Below, piece by piece: positions 34,361 through 47,170 of a DNA stretch of 64,000 nucleotides (the first letter of the stretch is position 1; each line of letters opens with the position of its first letter). The stretch covers positions 229,297,238 to 229,361,237 of the forward strand of contig NC_133621.1 in NCBI RefSeq assembly GCF_048593235.1. Reading direction: 5' to 3'. A program made the position numbers and the translations under genes. This DNA comes from Sminthopsis crassicaudata. Its lineage: Eukaryota. The notes beneath the pieces are model-generated. The model saw nothing but the letters and a program-made list of their open reading frames with translations, searched no databases and was not told the DNA's origin.

Positions 34361-37300
34361 ATACCTATTTCAATTGCTGCTTCCTCAGAGATCAGGGTTA
34401 CTGTTAAATAGACTTTTCTTGTAGAAAAGTCAATTTGTGTTGTCAGGAGTACAGCTGAAAGTGCCTTATTATGAAATACTTCTCCTTAGGGAGAGTGGGT
34501 TTAGGTTTTAAGAATCTATGAGGAATCTGTAGAAAAGATAAAAAGAAAGAAGGTGAGAAGAAACTACAGTCTTGTTCATACTGTTAACTTATTTTTTATA
34601 AAAGAAGAGAATTGGATCTGTAATTCCATTAGTACGGGGAACTCCTACATGAGGAAACTCCCCCTGTCAATCCTGGTTGACTGCAAATTATCTTGGAGAA
34701 CTGGCAGGATTCACACAGTCTGGTATGTGGGAGAGGCAGGGCTCCTTTCTTCCTGGGTCCATGGTCAGCTCTCTCTCTGCTCTACCAAGCTGATTCTCAT
34801 TTTATAAGGAAACATTGTAAAGAAAATTCCTGTATCAGCCTGGGGTGCTTGAATGAAGGAACAGAGAGTAACATTATTCAGAAGTCAACAAATGCAATGG
34901 AGGTACACCGTACCCTAAGCTAGCACATATTTCTGTACATAGGAGAGTCATAATCATAACAAGATTATTAAGTGTAAATTGATTCCTAAACCTAGTAGAA
35001 ATGAGTCTTTGAGGCAAATATCAATCAGTTGTGCTGGATTTAATTCCAGCTCTGGCACTTAGAGGTGTGACTGTTAGCAAGTCATTTTCCCTCCTAAGGA
35101 AATCATAGGAATAACAACTCTTGGACTACTTCACATGATTGTTGTGAGCCAAGCACTTTGTAAGCTTTAATGTGCCATAGAAATGGGAGTTATCTGGTCT
35201 GGAAAAGCTCAAAGGCTCCCTGCTCAGTTTTTTTCTAGGCCCTGTATTAGCTGGTGGGAAGCTGTCCTTCCTACAACCCCTTTAGCCCCTTCCACGCTTT
35301 CCCCTTCATTTTCACTCAAAAAGCCCAGGCAGGAACAAATGTAATGCTACTAGCTAGAGCAGCCTGTGAGGGATCTTTCCCCATCCAGATCCTCACTGCA
35401 TCCCAAACCCCACCAGACACATACTTTCCAGATTATAATGATGGCAAAAAGCAAAAGACACCTCTCCAATTTGTACCCAAGCTGCCTCCCTCAAATATTG
35501 TCAGACACCACCCTAATCAAGGGACTCTGCTTTAAATGATAAAGAGAATTATTTGTAATTAGCATATAAATTGTTTGAGTGTAAATGAGTGTTCCAGGAA
35601 AACACTTGAGAGTGTTTAAAAATAGTTTCTCAAGAATTTTAAACATTCTCATCTGCTGAAATGACTTTGCACACTGTTTTAAAACCCTGTTAAATTCTAC
35701 GTAAATGTTGTTTTAATTTTTTTCTTCTTCCTGGAAGAGATATTGGTCTTTCTAGACGAGAGTTTTGGTATTAGCTGAGATTTTGTAATACGAAGCAAGT
35801 TCTCCAGGAAGGTCTTTTGTATCAGAAAGCAGATGTATCTGATTGTGCTTGACGGTTGCTGAGGCAACCATGTCACGTAAATTTCACTTCACAGGCCATC
35901 AGACTAAAGCATTGATCAGAAGAGTGACAAAGCTTTGGGAGAAATTAGGAAAGACTAGGAAACCATCTTCTGATGGGGATTGGGGGGTGGGACAGGGAAG
36001 AAAGGAAATCATAATGACCAGTCTCAGCCCCAGAGAGTAGATAATGAAACTCCCTCTTCTCAGCAGCCAGTACTCAGACTATGAGGCCATGTGTTACATG
36101 CACTGCCAGACAAAACCACTCCATTACTTAACTTTGTTTGTTATATGGCAGGCTTCAAGGATAGGCAGGGATCTGGTGTATTTGTAAATAACTGTGATAA
36201 AAAACATAAGACACCACCAACAACAACAATAAAAAAGCCCCACAACTTAATCCTTATTTTATAAAATAGGAAAGGGAAAACCAAAAAACATTTTAAAAGA
36301 GGTTAAAAAGGGTGGGGAGACATGCAAAGGTTTCATTAACATGAGCAGTGTCACCCTTCCTTTGGGAACAGTGATTGTATAGCTAGAAAGGTAGGAAAGC
36401 TAGGAGCCGAAGTTGACTTTCTTTTCCTCACACAAACTGAGATTGGGAAAGCAGGGAAGTGAGAAAGATCAGCTCACTGCTGGCAGGAACAAAGGGAGAA
36501 AAAGACAAGCTAAAAAGACTAGCTAATGTCCGCCTTTTGATGAGATGTAAACAGGCAGCTGGATCTCTCTCCCTTCAGGAAGAGCACTTTTGATGCCCAA
36601 TTCCCTGGTAGACTGTCAGCCCTCATTCCTTAACAATCCTAAGAAACAGCTTTTGATTTGAAATGTGATTATCCTTTAATTTATATATAGAATCCTGGGC
36701 CCTGCTCACACTTAAGCCGCTAGAAAAGAAGTTCTGTATTTGGTAGGTCAGCACTCACTTAAAAACATAGTTTTGAGTCCTTACTAATGTGTTTTATTAG
36801 TCAAACATAGGTTATATTAGTTAAAAGGAAAAGACATTTAATTGAACAACATAGAAAATAAAGTAATAAAAAAAGGATACACTATCTCACCCCCTCCTTC
36901 CCAACTGACTATGAATCTATAAAGTATAATATCCTACTTGGTACTATCAGTTGGAAAAGGCATATATTTAGCAAACATATGTGACTGTTGACATGAACGA
37001 AAGAACATGCGCCAGCAGCCTATAAGGACACAGGGCATGTGCATGGTTGGGAAAATTTGTTATACTCCTCTCTTCTTCAAGTTTTTGTTCTCCCTTGCAA
37101 CATTTCTGCTGGTCTTTGACACTGTTCTTTGCTAGAATCCGCCTGCTCTTACTCAGCACTGAGTTTTTTCAAGGATCGTCTTTTATTCTCTATGTTCTGT
37201 TGTAGTGCAGTGCCTAGAAAGCCTCTCCTTGGCAGGAAAAAAATACATTATTTTAATGAATAGTTGAGGCCAAGAATCACCACACCCAATCAAAAAGACA

Positions 37301-38407
37301 AATCTTACAGACCAGGGTTAATTAATTTAAAAAAAAAATCTTTCCTGCCTCCCTTCCTAGTGACTACTTAAAGATAACTTTCTTGAGAGTGGAAAATTTC
37401 TTTTAACTGTTAAATCTTCACTGTGAGTCTCCATGTCTCAAATACTGGTTGACGACTCTAAAACTCTCTAGAGCAGCTGTACTAAAGGGAATTTTCCTTC
37501 CTGATAGGCATGTGAAATAGCTACAGCAGGAATAAAAGTCTAGGTCTCACTGGCAGGATCACTGCCTGTACCTCAATCCTCACTCCCACCTCCAGACATA
37601 TACTCCATCCACCTTTTTACCAGTGAGTTTTATGATGAATTTTTAGAACAAACCTAGATATTATTTACAACATATATATTTATATATACATAAACCTGTA
37701 CATCCCTTACATACAAATAGTCACTGTAGAAGAATTATTTCATTTAGCCCCACAATAACTGAATTACCCTTCTATCCTTATTGCTAACACTTAAGATTTC
37801 CTACTTTGTACATTACAAAGTGCTCGATATATGAACTAATGTGCACAGTGGTTACATGAAGGCTGCAAAATAGCCACATGCAAAGGAGAACTGAAGCTAA
37901 ACTTGTCATCAAAGAAAGATAAAAGCAAAAAGGATGGCTTCATCACAGTGAAAATGAAGTCAATCAATAGAGAGACAATATGCTTCAGTGGAATCCTTGT
38001 GACACTAAAAGGAAATAAGTATGACTGTCTCTGATACCCCATCCAGTGAGTTGACTCCCAATGCAAATTTATGGGAGAACAAGAAAAAGGGATCCTAGGA
38101 TGGGCAGGCACAGATGGGTTTCAGTGGATGAAGTCACAGATCCATTGAAGTATTACAGAATGTGAGTATGTGTGTTAGAGAAATTGAGGAGGAGTAGCTC
38201 CCTTCCAGTTCCTCATGCCAAAGTCCCTGTCCCTTAACATTCCCTTAGAGAGTTAGCACCCCATTCCCTTTCAGTTGCTCTATACTGGATCTGCTATACT
38301 GGATACTAGGCCATGACCTTGAAGCTGGGGAAGTCCTTATTCCTAGATGAGTAGAAAGAAGTATCTTTCTATTGTCCCAAGTGGAAACTTTGTATTTTTC
38401 CATAAAA

Positions 38408-38638
38408 GGGCAGCTCAGGTGGTGCAGTGGATAAAGGGCCAGGCCTCCAGTAAGAAAGACACATCTTCCTAAGTACAAATATGGCATGACCATGAGCAAG
38501 TCACTTAAGCCTTTTTGCCTCTGTTTCTTCATCTGCAAAATGAACTGGAGAAGGAAATGACAAACCACTCCAGGATCTTTGCCAAGAAAACCCCAAAAGA
38601 GTCAGGAAAAGTCAAACACAACCAAAAAACAACTGAAA
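38408..38638 (+). mobile_element. MAR1-type SINE
   Basis: Head gggcagctcaggtggtgcagtgg, core, and tail ggagaaggaaatgacaaaccactccaggatctttgccaagaaaacccca. Confidence 0.88.
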
Positions 38639-38886
38639 AAATTCCACAGAATTTCCACAGAGGTTCTAAAATACTATTCCTAAAGTATTAAACACTAGCC
38701 CTTAGGTACTTATTTATATAGGAAGGTCAGAATATCTAGTTCATTGGGAGACAAAATGATTTAGCAGAAAGTGTGCAGAATATGGAGGCTGAGCTCCTAT
38801 GTTCAAATGATGACTTTACCACTTTAGGGAAGCTACTTACCCATTCTGGGCCTCTTCATTCCCTCATTTGCAAAAGGAAGGTTTTG

Positions 38887-39819
38887 CCATTCTGGAGAGC
38901 AATTTAAAACTATGCCCAAAGGGGTATCAAAATGTGGATGTCCTTTGATCCAGCAGTGTTTCTATTGGGCTTTTATCCCAAAGATATCATAAAGGAGGGA
39001 AAGGGACCCATATGTGCAAGAATGTGTGTGGCAGCCCTTTTTGTAGTGGCCAGAAACTGGAAACTGAGTGGATGCCCATCAGTTGGAGAATGGCTGAATA
39101 AATTACAGCATATGGATGTTATGGAATATTATCGTTCTGTAAGAAACAAAAATCAGGATGATTTCAGAAAGGCCTGGAGAGACTTATGTGAACTGATGCT
39201 GAGTGAAATGAGCAGGACCAGGAGATCATTTGCATATGGCAATAAGATTATATGATCAATTCTGATGGACATGGCTCTTTTCAACAATGAGATGATTCAG
39301 ATCAATTCCAATGATCTTGTGATGAAGAGAGCCAAATACACCCAGAGAGATGATTGTGGGAACCAAGGGTGGATCATAACATAGCATTTTCATTCTTTTT
39401 GTTGTTGTTTGCATTTTTTCTCATTTTTTTCTTTTTTGATCTGATCTTTCTTGTGCAGCAAGACAACTGTATAAATATGTATGCATATATTGAATTTAAC
39501 ATATATTTTAACATGTTTAACATATATTGGATTATTTGCTATCTAGGGGAGGGGTGGGGAGAAGGGAAAAAATTAGAACACAAGATTTTGCAAGGTTTAA
39601 TGTTGGAAAATTATCCATGCATATCTTTTATTTATTTATTTATTTTTTTATTTTTTCTGAGGCTGGGGTTAAGTGACTTGCCCAGGGTCACATAGCTAGG
39701 AAGTTTTAAGCGTCTGAGATCACATTTGAACTCTGGTCCTCCTGAATTCAGGGCTCTATCTACTGCGCCACCTAGCTGCCCCCATGCATATCTTTTGAAA
39801 ATTAAAAAGCTTTCATTAA
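38887..39819 (+). mobile_element. 5'-truncated L1 (ORF2 C-terminus plus 3'UTR) inserted in a MIR
   Basis: ORF 38932-39255 is L1 ORF2 C-terminal-like. Perfect 15-bp TSD aaaaggaaggttttg at 38872-38886 and 39820-39834. Confidence 0.93.
39630..39782 (-). mobile_element. WSINE1-type SINE inserted in the L1 3'UTR
   Basis: 14-bp TSD catgcatatctttt at 39616-39629 and 39783-39796. Confidence 0.94.
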
Positions 39820-40225
39820 AAAAGGAAGGTTTTGGACTAGATAATATTGAAAATTCTTTCCAACTCTAAATCTATGATCTTGTGGGTCACAAGCCTATCT
39901 CCTCAAGGAGGAATCTTTAGTAGGGCATCTAATAAAAGTGATAGATATGGCCTTCACATCAGATAAAATGGTTCCTTACATTACTGAGACAGATCACTCA
40001 GACATATACAAGCACACTCCAAAACATTTATTTAATAGTAAGCTGGGTCATGAAGTGAGCAGACAATTAGGGGGATAAAGAATTAGTATAACAATTGGTC
40101 TAGTCATCCACCCAAGTCTCAAGATATCCAAGCTATTTTTCTTGAAGTCTCCCAGCTTGGCTCTATCAACTAGCAATAGGCAGCATCTCAGGAACCAGTT
40201 GTGTGATTGGACAACCCAGTTTCAT

Positions 40226-40371
40226 TTTTTTTTTCCCCCTGAGGCTGGGGTTAAGTGACTTGCTCAGGGTCACACAGCTAGGAAGTGTTAAGTGTCTTAA
40301 GACCAAATTTGAAATCGGGTCCTCCTGAATTCAGGGCTGGTGCTCTATCCACTGCGCCACCTAGCTGCCCC
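40226..40371 (-). mobile_element. Young WSINE1-type SINE
   Basis: Near-consensus with CpGs retained; 13-bp TSD aacccagtttcat at 40213-40225 and 40373-40385. Confidence 0.95.
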
Positions 40372-42519
40372 CTAACCCAGTTTCATCTTATGGAGGATGA
40401 TCCTGCTGGGAAGTCTCTCATGATGCTTGTGGTCAGAAAGCCTTCGAAGATAATTGGTGAAGCTTGAGAATGAGGGGATTTAAATAATGTGACTTGGATA
40501 CTAAAGAAATTTTGTCACTACTATAGTGAGGCTGGGAAGCTGCTAAAACTGTGGTTCCAAATCTTGCAAGAAACTGCCAGCTGCTGTTACTCAGAAGCCT
40601 TTGAAGATGAAGGGAACATTTCGTGAGGGGAGAAATTGGAAGGTGATAGTTGGCATCTGTCCTTTCCCTGACACTTAAGAAGCAAGAGAGAGTATGAACA
40701 GCAGCAGAGGATTGAATCATCCACCACTGATACTAGATCCCATAAGAAACTTCGTGAGGACTCCATGAATAGGAGGGAAAAAGATTTCCAAGGCCAAAAC
40801 TCAGAGGGTACCCCTTTGCCATATTTATTCTTTTCTTGTGTTCCTCATTACCATTGTGCTTAAAATTTGAACCTTCTATTTACAGGGCCTTGACTGTGTA
40901 AGGGGAAAAATATATCACCTGGTTGGAGAGATGTTTTGTACCAACCATTCTTTTCCATTCTTTATTGGTAAATCCCTTTCCTAAAAACTAATGAAGTTAA
41001 TTGGCTGATTGATAATTGGGAGCACACCTAAGGGGGCTCATAATTGCAGTACTAGAGACTCTAGTACCTATTTGGTTACCTTAAAACCTAAGGGAAATGT
41101 TAGTTAGCTGCCCTCTGGGTTCTCCAAACTTTTGAATGTGAGTATAGAGTGGAATCATCATAGATGGAGTACTATGTAACATAGTCTTTAACTTGATAGT
41201 TGATCTTGATGGATCACAAATTCTGATTGAGTACAAATTAACGAGGTTTTTGTGTAATGGCACTGAAGCCAAAATGATCCAAAGTCTAAACTTCTTATAG
41301 GAAATCAACTAATTAGAAAACATCTGGCTACTCATTCACAACTTGGCTCTGGGCCTCTGGGAAAAAGCAATAACTAATCAGAGTGAAGGATGGTGGGTGG
41401 GGGGAAGACCACAGAGCCAGACCTAAGCTGACCTTTTCTTTCCTTCCTTTTGCTGTTCCTGACATTTCCCCTAGACTTGGTGATCCCATGGCACTTGAAG
41501 CTTCCTGACCATTTGCCCTCCTCAGTCCTCTCCCTCTTCTCCCCAGCACCAACTCAGGCAGCTGCTGAACCTCCCTCTCCCATTCCCAGTCTCAGATCTA
41601 AAGGCTTTAAAAAACCTGCCATTTTCCAGGAAAGTAGAAAACAGTGCCCTGAGAAGGCAGGGGACTTATCTGGTTCTATGGGGGGAGGGCCTAGAAAAAT
41701 ACCCATTTAAACCCAAGCCCACCTATTTCCTCTTTCATCTCTCTATCTATGTTTGTGACTTTGCCCTGTTATCAGCAGGAAACTCCTGCCTCAAAGATCA
41801 GGCTGATCCAGGAAGATTGGAGGCTAAGGAGCGCTGAGTGCTGGGTAGTACAGAGTTCACAGCCAGCTAGAACTGAGTTGTTTGTGTAATTTCAGGACAG
41901 GGCAGTTTATGAGACTCTTTGTAAAGGATTCTCAGATTCTGACGTCTTGGAAAGTGAATTCCTGGATGCACAGAAAAAGACAACATGTCTAGAAGTCTAA
42001 GGAATATGTTTCAGAAAAGAGATAATTAGATCTCACCCTGAGAACATGGGAGCTCTCTTTTAACTCATTTTGTGGTCCAAGAAAAACCAGTGAGCATCTC
42101 TGAACCTCAGTTTCCCTAATTAAAAAATTCAGAGAATGATTCTTGCTCTTATACTTCCCTTAGACATGATACTTAGACTAGTAAAATTTGGGAAGGGACT
42201 TTAGAAATAATAATTGTCATAGGCATTCGGTGTTAAGAAAAGACTTGCTTTCCCCATAATTCTGTGGATCTGATGTCCATGAACATGTCCAGAAGCAATG
42301 ACTTCTGAGGGAGAGCAGCATGAAAATGTCTAGGATTCAGCTTCTGGTCTTCAGAGTACCATGGTCCAGCAAGGGTTACAGCACCAGGAGAACAAGGCAG
42401 TGACTAGGGCACTTGGGCAAGGGCTGGGGATTCATGACAAATGTGAGCGCTGATATTCCATGGAGTGGAAAGAGCCAGGAACTAAGAAAGATAAAATTCA
42501 AACTATTTGGATACTGACA

Positions 42520-42610
42520 TGGCCTGCCTCAAGTCTCTCCCCATTGTAGTTTATCCTTAGCCACTAACGTGATTTTCCTAAAATGTAGGTCCCTTGTCAC
42601 CATCTCTTCC

Positions 42611-42669
<59 letters not shown>

Positions 42670-43150
42670 TCACACACTCACACACTCACACATACACTTC
42701 AGTGGTTTCCTATTATCTCCAGGAACAAAAATTCTGGCATTCATAGCCCTTCATAAAGGGCTTACATCTTATTTCCCAATACATACTCTTAGATCCAGTA
42801 CATTGGTCTCCTGGATGTCCCAGGAGCAAGACATTCCATCTTTTGGTTCTGAGCATTTTCTACAACTTTCTCCCATTTCCAGGATTCTCTCTTCTACTCC
42901 AACTGCTGATCTCCCTGACTTCATTTAAATACCAATTAAAACCTTACCTTTTTATAGGAAATCTCCCCCAAAGCTCCTTAATTCCAGTGCCTTCTCTCTG
43001 TTAATTATTTCTTCTTTATTCTGCTTTGCTTGGTGTGTATTTGTATGTTGTCTCTCCTATTAGATAGTAAACTCCTTAAAGACAAGGACTGTCTATGCCT
43101 CTTTTTGTATCTCCAGAATTTCAAATAGTAGTTCATATTTAATAAATGTT
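42520..43150 (+). mobile_element. L2 LINE 3' part containing a (CA)n microsatellite (~42614-42690)
   Basis: ttcagtggtttcctattatctccagg, tagatagtaaactccttaaagacaagg, and terminal taataaatgtttg. Confidence 0.8.
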
Positions 43151-43169
43151 TGTCTATAGATTGAGGCAA

Positions 43170-43830
43170 CTATCACATCCCCCAAGTATTCTCTTCTTGA
43201 ACTTAAACTTCCTCATTTCTTTCAATCAAATCTTGTATGACATGCAATTAAGCCCCTTCTCCATCCTGGGAGTTCTCTGGTCACTTTTTAAATCATAATT
43301 GCTCTTTTAACAATGGCAACCATAATTGAACAAATTGTTCTTGATGAGGTTTGTGGAGTGAAGGTCCAGTGGGACCATCAGCTCCTTATTCCTGGAAGTT
43401 CTGTTTCTCTGAAGGTAGCTCAATTTTGCAATGACTTTTGTGGGATTGCTGCACCATACTATGACATCATAGTGAGTTTGCAGTCCACTAAAACCCCCAG
43501 ATAATTTTCAGAATTAAGTGCTCTCTAATTGGTCTCCCTGCCTCAAGTTTCTCCTTCTCCAGGTTTTTCCTTCTCCATCAGCATTTTTCTCAAGCATAGC
43601 TCTCACCATGATAGTTTCCTACTAAGTCAACTTCAGTGGCTCCCTTAGCTTTTAGAATCAAAGAAAATCTTCCCTCCTTAGATTTTTAAGATCTTTGCAA
43701 CCTGAACCAAACCTATCTGCATCCTCAATAGGCATTACCACCCAGTTTGATATTCTACATTTGTCCTTACTGAATTTCATCTTATTAGATTTAATCCCAT
43801 GGTTGGTCAGCTTCCTAGAGAAGAAAGTAA
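43170..43830 (-). mobile_element. L3/CR1 LINE fragment
   Basis: ctacatttgtccttactgaatttcatcttattag and related antisense CR1 motifs. Confidence 0.7.
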
Positions 43831-44244
43831 AGGATCTGGAAGAATGCCCTTCCGAGGTACAGATTGAAAAACACAATAAAGTGTTTCTGAAAAGAACATA
43901 AACTTGAATGTGAATGATAAGATCAGGTTAACAAGTAGCTGCCTTGGTACCTCTAAACCTAGAGTCATTAATCACTTCCTGTTCTTCTCTTCTTCCTCAG
44001 ACCCAGATGAGATGATGTTTCATGAACAGGATTTCAATAAGGGGAGAAGAAAAAATCCAGAGTGGCAGAGGGAAAAATCTCACACTTGACCAGGAGGCTG
44101 GAGAGTAGAGGAAAGTCTCATAGAAGAGGAGGGAAAGGAAAGAGATGACTGTCATTTGAAACTAAAAACAAACAAAGAAACAAGCATGTTTGAGGCTTTT
44201 CCTGAAAAGGAAGGAGATAGATGCTTTGAGAAAGAAGCAGCTGC

Positions 44245-44520
44245 TTGTTTTTGCTGTTGTTGTTGTTGTTTTATAGCTTTTTATTTACAAAACACATGCA
44301 TGGATAATTTTTCATCACTGATCCTTGCGGAAACCTTTCTTTCCAACTTTTTCCCTCCTTCTCCCCCACCTCCTCCCTTAGATGGCAAGCAGTTCAATAC
44401 ATGTTAAAGTATATGTTAAATACAATATATGTATACATATTTGTACAGTTATCTTGCTGCACAAGAAAAATCAGATTTAGAAAGAATGTAAAAATAACCT
44501 GAGAAGAAAAATAAATGCTT
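44245..44520 (-). mobile_element. L1 3'UTR fragment
   Basis: (TTG)n tail, then tttatttacaaaacacatgcatggataatt...gttatcttgctgcacaagaaaaatcaga. Confidence 0.85.
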
Positions 44521-44914
44521 TAAAATAATATAATTTTTAAAAGATCTGGAAGGAAGAAAGCTTCCCATATGTGTCCACTGAGCTATATACCAAAGGGCAT
44601 AAATATCATAAAATAAGAAAAATGCAATTAAGAAATTTACAGAAGGCAAAATCCAAGGAGACAGTGGTAATTCTGATCACCTGGACTGGAAGAATTAGAT
44701 AGGTTCAGGGAAAGGATCACAAGTGTGGTAAAGAGGCATGCTATAATTATAATGGGAAGCTTCAATTATCCAGATATATGCTGGAGCCCTCTCTCTGCAA
44801 AAACAGGATAGGCAACAACTTCTCCACTTACCTTAATGATTTCTTTAATTTTTTTTTTTTAATAATGAACCCTTCCCCCCTTTTTTAATGAACCCTTTCA
44901 CCTGACAAAAATGG

Positions 44915-45235
44915 AAATATGTTTAAAGAGATTGTATAACCTATGTCACATTACTTGCTGTCTTGAGGAGGAGAGGAGAAGGGAGGAAGAAAAATTTGGA
45001 ACACAAAATCTTACAAAAATGAATGTGGAAGGGGCAGCTAGGTGGTGCAGTGGATAGAGCACCAGCCCTGAAGTCAGGAGGACCTAAGTTCAAATCTGAT
45101 CTCAGACACTTAACATTTCCTAGTTGTGTGAGTCACCTAACCCCAATTGTCTCAGAAAAAAAAAAAAAGGGGAAAAAAATGAATGTTGACAACTAGATGT
45201 CATTGGAAAAATAAAATGCTGTTAAGAAAAAAAAC
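44915..45235 (+). mobile_element. L1 3' end carrying a WSINE1-type SINE (45031-45174)
   Basis: SINE flanked by aaaaatgaatgt(g/t)ga on both sides. The SINE has GAAGTC and CCCCAATTG diagnostics and a 10-nt core deletion. Confidence 0.88.
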
Positions 45236-45479
45236 TAAATTATAAAGCTTGTCTGTCTGAATAGAGAGAAGAAACTGGAAGAAACTACCATCTGGTAGTA
45301 TAGTAGCTTGTATGGTGAGCTTGAAGTTAGGAAGAAGTGAATGCAGATTCTGCCTTAGACCTTTACTGTCAATATGATCCTGGGCAGGCCACTTAACAGC
45401 TCTCATTCTCAGTTGAGGGGATTGAGCTTAATGGCTTCTAAGGTTCCTTTGAACTCCAAACCTATGATTCCATGAGTCT

Positions 45480-47170
45480 ATCATCATTTCTATATACAAA
45501 GAGAAAAAGAAAAACAGAAGTGTACATGAAACCATGAATTTCTATTATATACAATTTGCTTTTATTTTAAAGTATATAATAAATAAATATATATCCTGAC
45601 CCCAATATTGTCCTGTTTGTCTGTTTTTTCCCCTGAATATCTTTCTTTGTTTATTTTTGTTTATATATATTTTTTTCAAATGTTTCACTGATGTTCTTTC
45701 ACTCTTTTGGGGAGGAATAGAAAGACATTATTATCATTTCCTCTGACTTGCTCCAATAGGTAGTTATGTAAAAAAATAAATAAATAAATAGAATCAAGAA
45801 AGCAATTCTATATATTGACCACGTTTGAAAATATAAATCTGCTTATGTACCTCTGGTCTATCACCTCTCTGCCAACAAGTGAGAAACATAGTTCAGCATA
45901 AGTCTTCTATAGTTGTGAATGCACATGATTCAGAGTTCTTCAAACTTTTCTAGTTGTTTTTCTTTCCAGTATAGTAATCACATATAAATTGTTCTTCTGA
46001 TTCCACTCATTTCATTCTATATCAGTTCATATAAGTCTTCTCAGAATTCTCTGAATCTGAACCTTTTATAGGTTCTGATGGCACAATAATATTCTATTAT
46101 ATTCATATGGTATATCTGCCTAGCTATTAACCAAATTAATGGACACTCACTTTATTTCTAGTCCATTATTATAACAAAAAAAAGTACTATTATAAATATT
46201 TTTGTACATATGCGTTCTTTCCTTCTGGTTTTGATCACTTTGGTATATAAAATCATGGTGTTGCTAATTAAAAGGATGCAAGTTTAGTGACTTGGTGGAG
46301 GGTGATAAATAATTTCAGTATGCTTTCTAGATGGTTGGATTAATTCACAACTACCAACAATGCATATGTGTGTTCATCCTCCTATAGCCCTTCCAACATT
46401 TGTAATTTTCTTCTTTTGTCATTTTTGCTAGTCTAAGAGATGTGAAATGGAACCATGGGGTTGTTTTAATGTGATTTTTTCTTATTATTAGTGATTTGTA
46501 GCATTTTTAATATGGTTATTAACTTGGATTTTTTTCCTTTGAAAACTAATTGTTTGGAGCAGCAAGATGGCCCAGTGGATAGAGCACTGGTCCTGAAGGA
46601 GGACTTGATTTCAAATCCCTCCTAAANNNNNNNNNNNNNNNNNNNNNNNNNNNNNNNNNNNNNNNNNNNNNNNNNNNNNNNNNNNNNNNNNNNNNNNNNN
46701 NNNNNNNNNNNNNNNNNNNNNNNNNNNNNNNNNNNNNNNNNNNNNNNNNNNNNNNNNNNNNNNNCTGATCTACAGAAGGAACAAATCTTGTTCTTATACA
46801 TTTGCATCAATTTATTATACATTTTGGACACTAGATCTTATGCTGGAAAGATTTTTATTTCCTTTATAGTTCTAGCTGCAGTAGTTTTGTTTGTGTAGAA
46901 ATATGAATTTTATGTAATCACAATTGGATATTTTTCTTATGTGATTATCTCTTTCTCTTGTTGGGCCAAAGATTCTTCTGCTTCTTAGAGTAGTAAAAAG
47001 CTCTCTCCTTCCCTGCTTCTATAATTTGTGATATGCCCTTTTAAATCTAGGTCAAATATCCATTTGGAACTTTTCTTTAAGTCAATATGTAATATACCTG
47101 TGGTGTGAAGTGTTGGTCTAAACCTATTTTCTGTCACAGTATTTTTCAGTTTTTCCTCAGCAGATTTTCT
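45480..47170 (-). mobile_element. Old L1-like element with a SINE head at ~46556-46626 next to a gap
   Basis: Antisense L1 ORF2/3'UTR motifs such as cacaataatattctattatattcatatgg and tattataaatatttttgtacat. Confidence 0.7.

Noticed and set aside
6920-45174. SINE heads with A and B boxes as tRNA genes
   Set aside because: They continue into the CORE domain and A tails with TSDs and lack a cloverleaf, so they are retroposons.
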